Of a DNA stretch of 64,000 nucleotides, positions 44,918 through 54,178 are shown one piece after another. The position numbers and the translations under genes are program-made. Source of the DNA: a virus. Below the pieces are notes generated by a model. The model was given only the letters and a program-made list of their open reading frames with translations. It was not told the origin of the DNA and did not search any database. The stretch spans positions 1 to 64,000 of the IMG/VR virus record IMGVR_UViG_3300032322_001517, one strand, 5' to 3'. The number at the start of each line of letters is the position of its first letter. Position 1 is the first letter of the stretch.

Positions 44918-44948
44918 TTATCTTACTTTATGCCGGAATAAAAATCAA
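44918..44948 (-). promoter_or_regulatory. Phage early promoter variant
   Basis: TTGATTTTTATTCCGGCAT... upstream of ncRNA/tRNA operon. Confidence 0.65.
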
Positions 44949-44952
44949 GCAT

Positions 44953-44984
44953 AAAAAAAAGCGGGACTTTTTATGGTCCCGCTT
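44953..44984 (-). terminator. Rho-independent terminator
   Basis: AAGCGGGAC/GTCCCGCTT hairpin followed by T8 on - strand. Confidence 0.85.
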
Positions 44985-45005
44985 GAGTAACCTTATTCAG
45001 GAAAC

Positions 45006-45272
45006 TTAAACGAGACCCATCGCCTTGGCTTTATAACCAGCAGCGATAAGTTCACGCGATGGAGTACCAAAACGGTACTTTTGCGTGACGCGACCTTTAC
45101 TATCTACATGACGATTGAGATAGATCGGGTAGCCGTCCATACGGAGCTGATAAACAGCATCATGCGGATTGGCAACATTATAACGTGCAGCAATCTGCTT
45201 GGCAGTGAGCTGTTCGCCGTTGACGACGAGAGCCTCATATACACGATCAACCTTGGTATTAGACATCAACAT
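45006..45272 (-). CDS. Small winged-HTH DNA-binding protein
   Basis: GEQLTAKQIAARY...VYQLR.DGYPIY. Confidence 0.7.
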   Translation of the reverse strand: MLMSNTKVDRVYEALVVNGEQLTAKQIAARYNVANPHDAVYQLRMDGYPIYLNRHVDSKGRVTQKYRFGTPSRELIAAGYKAKAMGLV

Positions 45273-45295
45273 TCTCCTAAAGTTACATTATTTAG

Positions 45296-45326
45296 TCATT
45301 ATAAAGCATGCCGGAATAAAAATCAA
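45296..45326 (-). promoter_or_regulatory. Phage early promoter variant
   Basis: TTGATTTTTATTCCGGCATGCTT-TATAAT. Confidence 0.7.
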
Positions 45327-45337
45327 TAAGTTTTTTA

Positions 45338-45748
45338 TCACCGACGACTCTTAGTTCCAACAGTAGCCATATCAGTTTCGGGAGTAGCATACTGCAAACC
45401 ACCCTTATTGAACAATGGCATCACACGACTCGCCTTATCGAGGATTTCCTTGCGGACATGCTCGGGCTCTTTATGAAGGTTGGTCATTACACCGCGTTTC
45501 ACAGTAGAAGACGCATCACCTGACAACCCAGCTGAAACGTAGTCGCTTCGATCAACTTTCATACTATCAGTATACTTCTGTTTCCAATTTTTGTCAAGCG
45601 TTTTTTTCTTGGCGATTTGACCAGGAAGAAGACCTTTCTCAAGAAGCCACTGCTCGTGCTTTGTCGTAGCAGCAGACTTTGCCTTGAGTTTAGAACTACG
45701 CTTGGTGTTATTGGTAGTGAAGTAAGCAGGTAGAATAGGCATAGTCAA
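45338..45748 (-). CDS. Hypothetical protein
   Basis: PLFNKGGLQY motif common in T4-like phages. Confidence 0.65.
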   Translation of the reverse strand: MTMPILPAYFTTNNTKRSSKLKAKSAATTKHEQWLLEKGLLPGQIAKKKTLDKNWKQKYTDSMKVDRSDYVSAGLSGDASSTVKRGVMTNLHKEPEHVRKEILDKASRVMPLFNKGGLQYATPETDMATVGTKSRR

Positions 45749-45769
45749 CCTTTCGATTTATCCTATATC

Positions 45770-45801
45770 CTTATATTACCTCTTGCCGGAATTAAAGTCA
45801 A
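45770..45801 (-). promoter_or_regulatory. Conserved phage early promoter
   Basis: TTGACTTTAATTCCGGCAAGAGG-TAATAT-AAG. Confidence 0.78.
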
Positions 45802-45982
45802 CCTCTATTTGATCAAGCTTGACTATGAGCTCTTTGACGATTGGGTCGTATTGTGTTTCTTTGATATGGAAAAACTGTCGATAATTGTTGTATTGTTTTT
45901 CAGCCATCATCGTAAATCTAATATCCATCATTTGCTCTATTAGATTTACTATGGATTCAGAATGTTTCTCTTGCTTCAACAT
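45776..45982 (-). CDS. Hypothetical protein
   Basis: Tiled ORF. Confidence 0.5.
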   Translation of the reverse strand: MLKQEKHSESIVNLIEQMMDIRFTMMAEKQYNNYRQFFHIKETQYDPIVKELIVKLDQIEVDFNSGKR

Positions 45983-46313
45983 CTTGATTATCCCCGTCGT
46001 CTACGATGATATACTTTGCTTCATTATCTAATTGTGCATATGCTTCAAGTAACCTTCTAGCATCGTTCAATCTATCTACTACTTTACTGATAGTTTTTCG
46101 AGCAACAGGGTCGTTATGACCTTCTTCTAAATCCATTAAGACTGCATCTAAGTTAGAATCTACAGAATAGTCTATATGGAATTTTACCTTAGTTCCGTCG
46201 TTGCCCATTTCTTCTTTTAATTCTAACGGCGGAAACAATATCTTTTTAATCTGCTCTAGCTTTTCGTCTGCTGGAGTTTCTACTTTCTTTTCAATTTTCC
46301 ACGGAAATCTCAT
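45957..46313 (-). CDS. Hypothetical protein
   Basis: Coupled ORF (TAATG). Confidence 0.6.
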   Translation of the reverse strand: MRFPWKIEKKVETPADEKLEQIKKILFPPLELKEEMGNDGTKVKFHIDYSVDSNLDAVLMDLEEGHNDPVARKTISKVVDRLNDARRLLEAYAQLDNEAKYIIVDDGDNQDVEARETF

Positions 46314-46504
46314 TACGAACAATACTCCCTAGCACTTTTCCAACATTCACATTTTTCACATTGTAACAAAGGACTTTCCGAATCGCATCTCTGTTGTTCG
46401 GAAAGATGCCTATATGTTTTATACTTTTTAAGTTCGCGCTTGTTTTGTTTTAAAGTTTTTCTGAGTTCGTTTATTTCTCTTTGAACGTCAGCGCAAGTTT
46501 TCAC
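46313..46504 (-). CDS. Hypothetical Cys-containing protein
   Basis: CEKCECWK; coupled to regA. Confidence 0.55.
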   Translation of the reverse strand: MKTCADVQREINELRKTLKQNKRELKKYKTYRHLSEQQRCDSESPLLQCEKCECWKSAREYCS

Positions 46505-46902
46505 TTCTTTTTACGTCCCATATTGTACTTAGCTTCAAGCGTCCAATCATTCTTTTCTTTATGGTTGATAATCTTAATCTGACTCATAGAAGCTAGAGGT
46601 TCCTTAATCCGATCAGATTCAACGATCTTTAACAGACCCCAATCTTGAAGAAGTTCAGCTATCTTATTTCTGCGACCCTTGTCTTCTTCAGAAAAATTAG
46701 ATGGCTTACCATCGATAGCAAACATTTCTTTAAAGTGCACGATATAATACTTGCCTTGCTTGTGAAAAATATGACAAGATTGGTAGAGCTTTTTTTCTTT
46801 GCGAGAAGCAACGCCTATGCGAGTTAGAGTTTCTTTAATTTTTAGAAAGTCTTCTTCTTCAGCGATCCTCACCTCAATTAAGTTATCTAGCATTTCATTC
46901 AT
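46501..46902 (-). CDS. regA: Translational repressor RegA
   Basis: DFLKIKETLTRIGVAS..LYQSCHI.HKQG.YYIVHFKE. Confidence 0.97.
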   Translation of the reverse strand: MNEMLDNLIEVRIAEEEDFLKIKETLTRIGVASRKEKKLYQSCHIFHKQGKYYIVHFKEMFAIDGKPSNFSEEDKGRRNKIAELLQDWGLLKIVESDRIKEPLASMSQIKIINHKEKNDWTLEAKYNMGRKKK

Positions 46903-46903
46903 T

Positions 46904-47374
46904 TCATCCGCCTTTTATTTTCTTTTTTATATATTCCAATTGATCCTTAGTGAGGATCTTTCTAGCTGCCTTTGCTTTGGCAATATTGTATTTATAATAT
47001 TCTCGTATTAGGCGGAGTTCTTGCTGTTCTTTCTCGATTTCTCTTTCTTTTTCAATATCTTCTTTGGTTTTCTTTTTACCAAACCTCTTAACCTTTCTAA
47101 TCGAATGGAAAAGATAGTGATAGTGCATTTTGTCAGTAAGATGATAGTTAATATTCATCTCATTGGCAGCAAATATTGTATCAGAAAAATTAGAAAGGGA
47201 ACTATTGGTTCTCCATTGGTCGTACTTAAACTCTTGTACACCATCTAAACTCAACAGTTCTTTTCCATAATTGATTGAGTTCTCAAATCTCCAATCGTAC
47301 TTTGGTTTTACAACAACTTCTTGTTCTTTTTTTGCCTCTCTAGGCTGAAGAGTAACATCTAGAAACTGTTTCAT
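46904..47374 (-). CDS. 62: Clamp loader small subunit gp62
   Basis: SLS.F.DTIF.ANEMN..MHY.YL; position between 44 and regA. Confidence 0.9.
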   Translation of the reverse strand: MKQFLDVTLQPREAKKEQEVVVKPKYDWRFENSINYGKELLSLDGVQEFKYDQWRTNSSLSNFSDTIFAANEMNINYHLTDKMHYHYLFHSIRKVKRFGKKKTKEDIEKEREIEKEQQELRLIREYYKYNIAKAKAARKILTKDQLEYIKKKIKGG

Positions 47375-48324
47375 ACCAACTCTGCTTCAAGCATAATTTC
47401 AGACAAAAATGCAGCGAAGTTGATTTCCGGATTGGCCGAAAACGCATTTTGATATTGATACTTTGCAATCAACATAATCAAAATGGGTAAAGTTCTCTTA
47501 GAAAAATACTCAGAAGCATTGTCATAAAATTCATTGTACAACTGATTGACATCTGTATCAATGTTATTCTTAACCCACTTTCTGATCTCAGTGAGATTCT
47601 TATCCTTCATCAAGGCGATAAGTTCCTTGATAGAAGTTTGCTGCATGTTAGCGAGAATACCAGAGTCGATTTTGCCTGTAGCTGAATACCGCTGAAGTTC
47701 ATTAAGAACACGACGCCAATCTGGAAAGTGCTTGTTGATTACTTCAGCAACAACAGCAGGATCAAACTCAATGGTTTCCTTCTTGAGGATGCACTGGACA
47801 CGCTTAAAGAACTGACCAGCGAGCTTGGCCATATCCTTCTTGCTGATCTTAAAGTCTACAACTGAGCAACGCGAATGAAGTGGATCGATGATGCGATTCT
47901 TAAAGTTACAGGTGAGGATGAATCCACAATTCTTGCTAAATTCCTCCATAAAATTTCGCAAAGCTGGCTGTGTTGAGTTTGCGTTAAGGTAATCTGCTTC
48001 GTCAAGGATAACGTACTTACGACCTCCAGAAAGAGATACACTGGACGCGAAGTTGAGAATTTCATTTCGCAGGGTATCGATATTACCATTCATAGATCCG
48101 TTAATTACAATATAGTCACATCCAAGTTGTTCAAGCATAGCTCTTGCTACTGTTGTTTTACCAACACCAGCGGATCCAGATAGGATAAGATTAGGGATAT
48201 TTTTTTGATCAACGAATCGTTGAAAAGTTGCTTTTAAATCAACAGGTAGGATAGTCTCTTCAATAGTTTTCGGACGATACTTTTCAACCCACAAAAAATC
48301 ATCAAGCATAGTATTCTCCATCAT
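47371..48324 (-). CDS. 44: Clamp loader large subunit gp44
   Basis: WVEKYRP, GVGKTT, ILDEAD, LHSRC. Confidence 0.97.
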   Translation of the reverse strand: MMENTMLDDFLWVEKYRPKTIEETILPVDLKATFQRFVDQKNIPNLILSGSAGVGKTTVARAMLEQLGCDYIVINGSMNGNIDTLRNEILNFASSVSLSGGRKYVILDEADYLNANSTQPALRNFMEEFSKNCGFILTCNFKNRIIDPLHSRCSVVDFKISKKDMAKLAGQFFKRVQCILKKETIEFDPAVVAEVINKHFPDWRRVLNELQRYSATGKIDSGILANMQQTSIKELIALMKDKNLTEIRKWVKNNIDTDVNQLYNEFYDNASEYFSKRTLPILIMLIAKYQYQNAFSANPEINFAAFLSEIMLEAELV

Positions 48325-48355
48325 AAAAAAAGGGGAGCCTTATTTTAGCTCCCCT
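48325..48355 (-). terminator. Terminator/attenuator between 45 and 44
   Basis: AGGGGAGC/GCTCCCCT hairpin plus T tract on - strand. Confidence 0.7.
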
Positions 48356-48371
48356 GACACTTTAAGTCAAC

Positions 48372-49025
48372 TTAGAAAGTTGACGATTGTTCAACAGCAA
48401 TCCAATACTCAGCTTCCTTGCCAGAGAAGTGCGAAATACCTCGCGAACAAATACTAACTTCATAATCTCCAGGAATGATCTTAATATTTTCCAGCTTGAA
48501 GATAGCCTTAAATGTCTTTGTCGTTTCACCAACTTCAATAGAAAAAGTATTTCCATTAGTCAGCTTTGTATCATCAGCCTGAAGATACAACTTAGAACCA
48601 TCGCCAACTATTACCATTTCAGGAAGGCTGTTAATACCAGCAGCCTTTTCAATCTTCTTAAAATGATCCTGAGAAAGCGTAAAAGAAACATCAATGGATG
48701 GCAAATTGATTTCCTTTTCAGGCGGAGCCTTAATTGCGCTTTCATCAGCGAAAGGAATTACCTGCTTGAGATTACCCTCACGGATAACAAGCTGAGCATC
48801 GCCTAGCTTAACCTCAGGATCATTGAACATGCTCAAATTAGCAATGAATGAATCAAGGTTGTAGATAGCAAACCTCTTATCGAAAGAGGTTTGAACTTGA
48901 GCCTTGGCCATTACAGTCTTTGAAGTTGAAATGGTCTTCAAAGTGTTTCCTTCCTGAATAATAATGGAAGGATTAATCTTAGCAAAATTCTTAAGGATAT
49001 TCACAGTATTGGTATCAATCTTCAT
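48372..49025 (-). CDS. 45: Sliding clamp gp45
   Basis: TVNILKNFAKINPSI...FAIYNL...ENIKIIPGDYEV. Confidence 0.95.
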   Translation of the reverse strand: MKIDTNTVNILKNFAKINPSIIIQEGNTLKTISTSKTVMAKAQVQTSFDKRFAIYNLDSFIANLSMFNDPEVKLGDAQLVIREGNLKQVIPFADESAIKAPPEKEINLPSIDVSFTLSQDHFKKIEKAAGINSLPEMVIVGDGSKLYLQADDTKLTNGNTFSIEVGETTKTFKAIFKLENIKIIPGDYEVSICSRGISHFSGKEAEYWIAVEQSSTF

Positions 49026-49082
49026 ATCAAACTCCTTTAGTGGATACTTTCATAGTATAACTTACATACTATAATTTGGCAA

Positions 49083-49937
49083 TTACTTTTTGCCCTTCTT
49101 AAGAGCAGTGGGATCAGCTGTTGCTGCAGCCCCAATAGTCGCAAGATCAGCGAGCGAACCACCGAAGATGTAAGTACCAACATGCTGCATCTTCATCCAT
49201 GGGCAGAACCATGTCTTCAAACCAATTTCCTGCGCCTTCTGACAGAACCAATAATCCTCAGAAAGATAACGCTTAGAAGCAGGATCGACTTCAGCCTGGA
49301 AGTACATCATAATTTCGCGAGAACCATCGAAATGTTCAGTACGAACATGGTCTGGCTTATAGTTATACTGAGGATAGCTATCATTGAACTTCTTCATAGC
49401 TTCCTTGCTTACCATCATGAAACCTGTACCAATCTCAAGTACTTCGCATGGCTCGCTGATCTGAATGCTCTGTTGACCACCCTTGGGATTAAAGACATAA
49501 TCGCCAACAAACTTTTCAAGAACGTTAGGATCTTCGTCAGCAACGCCCTTATCTACAGCTTGCTTGATCTTTTCCCAACTGATACACTTCTTAGGATATG
49601 GACCACCAATGATGTCATACTTTTCAGTTTCTATTGTCTGCAAAGCCATCAATGCAATAACATCTTGAGGATTAAACCCAATGTCTGAGTCAATAAACAT
49701 AAGATGCTGTGCGTCTGAACGCATAAACTCATCACAACAATAGTTTCTTGCACGAGTAATCAAAGATTCGTTGAACAAGAAATACATCTGAAGTGGGATG
49801 CCATAATTGGCACAAAGAGCTGAAAGGTCTGCTACAGAACGAGCAAACATACCAGCGCATTGCCCGCCATACATAGGCGTAGCAATAAATAACTTTCTTT
49901 CGCGAAGCTGTTCAATCGGGATTTGAATTTCCATCAT
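49083..49937 (-). CDS. GT-A fold glycosyltransferase-like protein
   Basis: IATPMYGG, ESLITRARN, FIDSDI, GTGFM, LSEDYWFC. Confidence 0.8.
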   Translation of the reverse strand: MMEIQIPIEQLRERKLFIATPMYGGQCAGMFARSVADLSALCANYGIPLQMYFLFNESLITRARNYCCDEFMRSDAQHLMFIDSDIGFNPQDVIALMALQTIETEKYDIIGGPYPKKCISWEKIKQAVDKGVADEDPNVLEKFVGDYVFNPKGGQQSIQISEPCEVLEIGTGFMMVSKEAMKKFNDSYPQYNYKPDHVRTEHFDGSREIMMYFQAEVDPASKRYLSEDYWFCQKAQEIGLKTWFCPWMKMQHVGTYIFGGSLADLATIGAAATADPTALKKGKK

Positions 49938-50257
49938 TTACCATCCTTATAATGATCTACGTATAAACACATCAATACATAATGTATTGTTTTCATAAGA
50001 TCGTCTTTATTAGAGCCGTTCTTTTTTCCGTAACGCCAAAGATATTTTAATGCAGTATTTCTAAAGGTAGGAGTAGAATCACCAAGAGCAATCCAAGCAT
50101 CAAAACATTCAATTGACTGTTGTTCAGTCTTATAATGCTGACTATAAGTCTTATCGATATAAGATTTGAAGTCGGCTATAATACGATCTTCAGCATATTT
50201 ATATTCTATTTCTTCCTTCTTGTATGTGTTTTGGTGTACTAAGGAAAAATCTTTCAT
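49934..50257 (-). CDS. DUF3310-like protein (associated with nucleotide modification)
   Basis: YIDKTYSQHY..F..ALKYLWRYGKK..DLMK.IHY. Confidence 0.75.
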   Translation of the reverse strand: MKDFSLVHQNTYKKEEIEYKYAEDRIIADFKSYIDKTYSQHYKTEQQSIECFDAWIALGDSTPTFRNTALKYLWRYGKKNGSNKDDLMKTIHYVLMCLYVDHYKDGK

Positions 50258-50267
50258 TATGAACCTC

Positions 50268-51056
50268 TTAAAAAAATGAATCCAATGTCGCTCCAATTTG
50301 TTTACTATTATCCTTTAATCTAAGCTCAGCCATACCAGTTGTTTCGCGTATGTACATGGTGCAGTAATCTGGAAACATCTCAGCAATTTTACTGATAGAT
50401 TCATGAACATATTCTTTGGTTCTAATTGTTTGAAGACCACCATCTTCCTTGTAGTAATTTGACTTTACAGTATAGTCATCAAATCGAACAACAGCACCGT
50501 TACGAATATACTGACGAATAGAATATTCATAATCTTCACCATGATTAGTTACGCGAGCAAGGTCATCATGATGTTCGACAATAACACCAAACATCGAAGC
50601 AATGATATAGCAGAGCTTAGTATAAACTCTTTCCTTCATAAAGTATGCATTGGCAGCAGCGTAAATACCAAATGTTTTAGCGCCTACCTTTTCGCACTCT
50701 TCAAAGCCACGAAGAATAATTTCCTTCTCAAGGTCATCAACACGACCCAACTTCTGTTCGCTGATTTTCTTTTGAACCTCTTCAACGTCATCATCAAACA
50801 TCATAAGGTAAGTACCTTCTGGGTAATACCTTTCAATGAAGTTACGTTGAGCGCCAATAGTAGGAACACCAACTACAATGTTTTGGTAGGGAGTATCCTT
50901 AAGAGAAAACTTGTATGCTTCATATTCGTTTTCATCAGCAACAAATATGGTGATCTTTGAAGGTTCTATATTGTAGCTTTCTAGAACCTTCAAAGTTTTC
51001 TTTTTAATTGTTTCAGGTCGCTTATATGAAGGAATCGCGATCTCATAATTAATCAT
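50268..51056 (-). CDS. TET-associated (TAGT/GREB1-like) glycosyltransferase
   Basis: IAIPSYKRP, MFDDD, EDYEYS, EDGG; adjacent to TET/JBP gene. Confidence 0.8.
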   Translation of the reverse strand: MINYEIAIPSYKRPETIKKKTLKVLESYNIEPSKITIFVADENEYEAYKFSLKDTPYQNIVVGVPTIGAQRNFIERYYPEGTYLMMFDDDVEEVQKKISEQKLGRVDDLEKEIILRGFEECEKVGAKTFGIYAAANAYFMKERVYTKLCYIIASMFGVIVEHHDDLARVTNHGEDYEYSIRQYIRNGAVVRFDDYTVKSNYYKEDGGLQTIRTKEYVHESISKIAEMFPDYCTMYIRETTGMAELRLKDNSKQIGATLDSFF

Positions 51057-52363
51057 GCAAAAAAGCTCTCCAAATTAACTGTTTTATTTTTACCGTATGG
51101 ATCCTTCATATCATGCTTATGAAGGTAATCATACCATTCCTGATCTTCCCACATTCCTGGAGAAACACCATTCCACAGATTACGCTGAAGAGGATGATCC
51201 TTATTCAAGCGGCGCTCATCAACATACTGCTTGCGGAGATTTTCATATTCCCAAGACTGGAGTTCAAGCATCTTTTCGCGGAAGTATGCAACAATAGTCA
51301 TACGGTCGTTATCATCACCTAGAAGAGCATCATTACCATGAATACCACCATGGTTATTTACAAGCAACATGTCTCCAGGTTGGATATTGATTGCGATACG
51401 ATACTCAGGAAGAATAAACTCACCACCTCGCCAACCCTTACCGTCGGGTCCAGTTACACCACAGATGTTAGAGAAACCTTCGTGAAGGTCGCCAGCATCT
51501 CGGTGACAGGCAGTACGCCAGTTGTGATTAACTGTAAGGGTAGTAAAAACAGTATCCGAAATACGGAAACGATGATCAAGTTGTTGAGCAGCGTTGTTTT
51601 GCTTAGCCCAACGATTAGGAAGAAGTTCCTTGAACTGCTGATCCAACTTGCGCAGATAAGGATACGAAAGCGCAAACTTCTCAAGGTTCTTTTCAGTATA
51701 AGAAGTTGCACGTCCATAAGGAATGCGAGGATAACGATCAAAGTAACCAGCGATGCCAGACATAACGGACTGAGCGTAATTAGTTTCAGAAATGTAATTC
51801 TTAGCTACATACTCAGCTTCTTTACGCTGTTCTTCGCGTGTCATATTACCTAGACCATCAACCCACTTGTCGAACCAACCGTGGTATTCAGGATACTTCT
51901 TGGTAACTTCTGAACGAAGCCATACTTGACCGCGAGTTTCTTCTTTCTTTGAAGATGCCTGGTGACGAGCACGAATTGAGTCAATGCTATCATCTTCAAC
52001 AATAGCATTCTCAGGTCTTAGAAGAAAATCGAGTATGTCAATATGATATTCCGTAACCCAATCTCTACCGCCGCGACCATTAGCGCCAAGCATATCGCCA
52101 CGTGGTCCTGCAGCCAACCCGCGATTTTGTGACTCAACAGCAGCTTCTCGTAAACCAGCATACGCAGCATCTTGCTCTTCCTTTGTAAAAACATTTTTTC
52201 TATACTTAAAAATTATGTTTTCTTCAGAGATAGATCCATCAAGCGACTCAGCATACAAGTCACAATCTTCGTTGATTACACGATCAGCGTAATCCTTAAC
52301 TGTGATGAAAGCACCAAGAGTTTCTTCTGAATCAATTTTTTTTCTAACTATAATTTCTACCAT
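51053..52363 (-). CDS. TET/JBP-family 2OG-Fe(II) dioxygenase
   Basis: FTTLTVN..TACHRDAGD (HxD), HGN, RMTIVAYFRE. Confidence 0.88.
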   Translation of the reverse strand: MVEIIVRKKIDSEETLGAFITVKDYADRVINEDCDLYAESLDGSISEENIIFKYRKNVFTKEEQDAAYAGLREAAVESQNRGLAAGPRGDMLGANGRGGRDWVTEYHIDILDFLLRPENAIVEDDSIDSIRARHQASSKKEETRGQVWLRSEVTKKYPEYHGWFDKWVDGLGNMTREEQRKEAEYVAKNYISETNYAQSVMSGIAGYFDRYPRIPYGRATSYTEKNLEKFALSYPYLRKLDQQFKELLPNRWAKQNNAAQQLDHRFRISDTVFTTLTVNHNWRTACHRDAGDLHEGFSNICGVTGPDGKGWRGGEFILPEYRIAINIQPGDMLLVNNHGGIHGNDALLGDDNDRMTIVAYFREKMLELQSWEYENLRKQYVDERRLNKDHPLQRNLWNGVSPGMWEDQEWYDYLHKHDMKDPYGKNKTVNLESFFA

Positions 52364-52409
52364 ATTACGCTCCTGTTGTTAGTGAATTACCATAGTATAT
52401 ATGCAACAA

Positions 52410-52820
52410 TTATAGCGTAATTATGTCATTAATCAAATTTTCTCTTTCATTTTGCAAAATTTTTGCAACATTCGGTGGTTGCCACCCAGCTGGCTTGAGG
52501 ATTTTGCCATCTTCACGACGGAGAGGTTTACCATCCACCAACTTTGCCATGTTAGAATTATGAACTTCTTCGAAAACCTTATCAAGGGGAATACCATAAG
52601 ACACAGCTGTACCACAAGCAATGTAAATAATATCTGCTAGCGCATCAGCGATCTCAACGAGATCGTTGTTATGCTCTGCATCCTTGTATTCTGTAAATTC
52701 TTCAGTTAGAAGCTTGACTCTCAATGCTCTCTCAGCCTCGCCAGGAAGCTCAGGAAGCCTTCCTACACGCTGACCGAAAGAACGATGAAAGTCCATTACA
52801 TCTCTATACCAATTACTCAT
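52410..52820 (-). CDS. MazG-like/PRA-PH nucleotide pyrophosphohydrolase
   Basis: LLTEEFTE, EIADALADIIY, EVHNSNMAK, REDGKILKP. Confidence 0.88.
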   Translation of the reverse strand: MSNWYRDVMDFHRSFGQRVGRLPELPGEAERALRVKLLTEEFTEYKDAEHNNDLVEIADALADIIYIACGTAVSYGIPLDKVFEEVHNSNMAKLVDGKPLRREDGKILKPAGWQPPNVAKILQNERENLINDIITL

Positions 52821-53352
52821 TAATCCACTCCGGAGGTTGACGGTTAGTCCACTTATGCATGGAAACTTTACCTAGTCTATAATAATTACGATAGTTTGTC
52901 AATGGGTCATTAGAAACTTTGTACTCGTCTGCCATAGCGGAAGGCATTGGTGTTGCCTCGTATCGCTTGAGATTATTTGGCGGAGATTGAAGCATATAAG
53001 AAAGCTCGCCGTAACACTTATGTTCTTTGTTGTAACGATAAGTGTATTCTGCCATCAGTGCATAAAAGTGATCAGTAAGCCAATTGTAATTCTCAACTGA
53101 CTCACGGCACCAAACAGCTGAAGGATGATTGATGTGCGTTGCTTGATACACAACAGGGTCGCGTGCATCATCAAGAATCCAACGGCGAGCTTTACGCCCA
53201 GTCTTAGACTTACCTTCTACTTCACGACCATCGAGCAAGCGATGAGCAGTAGAAAGAAGTTGTGCTGACTCGAGGATCATTTTGACAACATGCTTGTCAA
53301 CCATCCACTGAGCAGCTTGCGCTGGGTCTTTATCGATGTAGAAGATATTCAT
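52813..53352 (-). CDS. Pyrimidine-dimer DNA glycosylase/endonuclease V-like protein
   Basis: MNIFY.D...DKHVVKMILESAQLLSTAH, THINHPS..W.R, EYT.RY. Confidence 0.78.
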   Translation of the reverse strand: MNIFYIDKDPAQAAQWMVDKHVVKMILESAQLLSTAHRLLDGREVEGKSKTGRKARRWILDDARDPVVYQATHINHPSAVWCRESVENYNWLTDHFYALMAEYTYRYNKEHKCYGELSYMLQSPPNNLKRYEATPMPSAMADEYKVSNDPLTNYRNYYRLGKVSMHKWTNRQPPEWINE

Positions 53353-53869
53353 ATGAGCCCAAATTAGATTTGATGTTGATCGAAGATTTAATACCTCGAC
53401 GCCATTTGTCTAGTGCTTTATCACGATGAACGCGATTAGCTTTGTTGAAAAATATAACGCCGTCTAGATGATCTAGCTCATGCTGGAAAATACGAGCTGA
53501 CATACCAGTAAACTGCTTAGTCAAGGTATCTCCATTAGGAGTTTGGAATCTTACTCTTACATGTTGAGAACGTTTAATTTTAACGTATAAACCTGGATAA
53601 GTCAAGCACCCTTCTTCAAGGACTACCTCAGCCTCTGAGGGCTGAACAATTTTCGGATTGAAACAAACAAAGTTCTCAGGAGCAGCACGCATAGCAAAAA
53701 TACGATATGGCACTCCCACTTGATTGGCAGCAAGACCGATACCGTTGTTATCATACATACACTTAACCAACTCCTTAGAAAAGTCAATGGGATCAAAAGG
53801 AGGATGTGAAAAATCAAAATGCTTGCAAGGATTAGTAAGTATAGGATCGTCATTCTTCACTAAATTCAT
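53330..53869 (-). CDS. def: Peptide deformylase
   Basis: GIGLAANQ, EGCLT, QHELDHL. Confidence 0.96.
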   Translation of the reverse strand: MNLVKNDDPILTNPCKHFDFSHPPFDPIDFSKELVKCMYDNNGIGLAANQVGVPYRIFAMRAAPENFVCFNPKIVQPSEAEVVLEEGCLTYPGLYVKIKRSQHVRVRFQTPNGDTLTKQFTGMSARIFQHELDHLDGVIFFNKANRVHRDKALDKWRRGIKSSINIKSNLGSYEYLLHR

Positions 53870-54035
53870 TTTTCTTATCCGTTAATGTGTAGGTTCCATT
53901 TTTGTTATCAATCCAAAAAAGATCTGTTCCTTCTGCCCACCCCATTTGAGAAAGCAGATCAACAGGAATAGGAAGAATCAATTCTCCAGTTTCAATATCT
54001 TCTTGAACTTCTACCGTATATGTATTTGCTACCAA
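53850..54035 (-). CDS. AbrB/MazE-like small protein
   Basis: GELILPIP.DLL.QMGW.EG. Confidence 0.65.
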   Translation of the reverse strand: MVANTYTVEVQEDIETGELILPIPVDLLSQMGWAEGTDLFWIDNKNGTYTLTDKKNEFSEE

Positions 54036-54178
54036 TGTCTTATAACTCCAGCTATGATAAACAAGTTAGTTATAATATAACAAAATACTATTAGAGTTCT
54101 AATCAAAGCAATTTTATCTGCTTCTTTATCGTTTACACCTGCTTTTTCACCAAGAGCTTTAGACCAAAGACGCCACAT
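54029..54178 (-). CDS. Small membrane protein (49 aa, not in ORF track)
   Basis: MWRLWSKALGEKAG..D.EADKIALIRT...IRHW, coupled to gp46. Confidence 0.7.
   Translation of the reverse strand: MWRLWSKALGEKAGVNDKEADKIALIRTLIVFCYIITNLFIIAGVIRHW

Noticed and set aside
36632-44941. Short ORFs overlapping tRNAs (e.g. 36632-36823, 39095-39367, 40998-41348, 44144-44470, 44317-44640, 44741-44941)
   Set aside because: They are shadows of tRNA and ncRNA genes, with no RBS or protein-like features.
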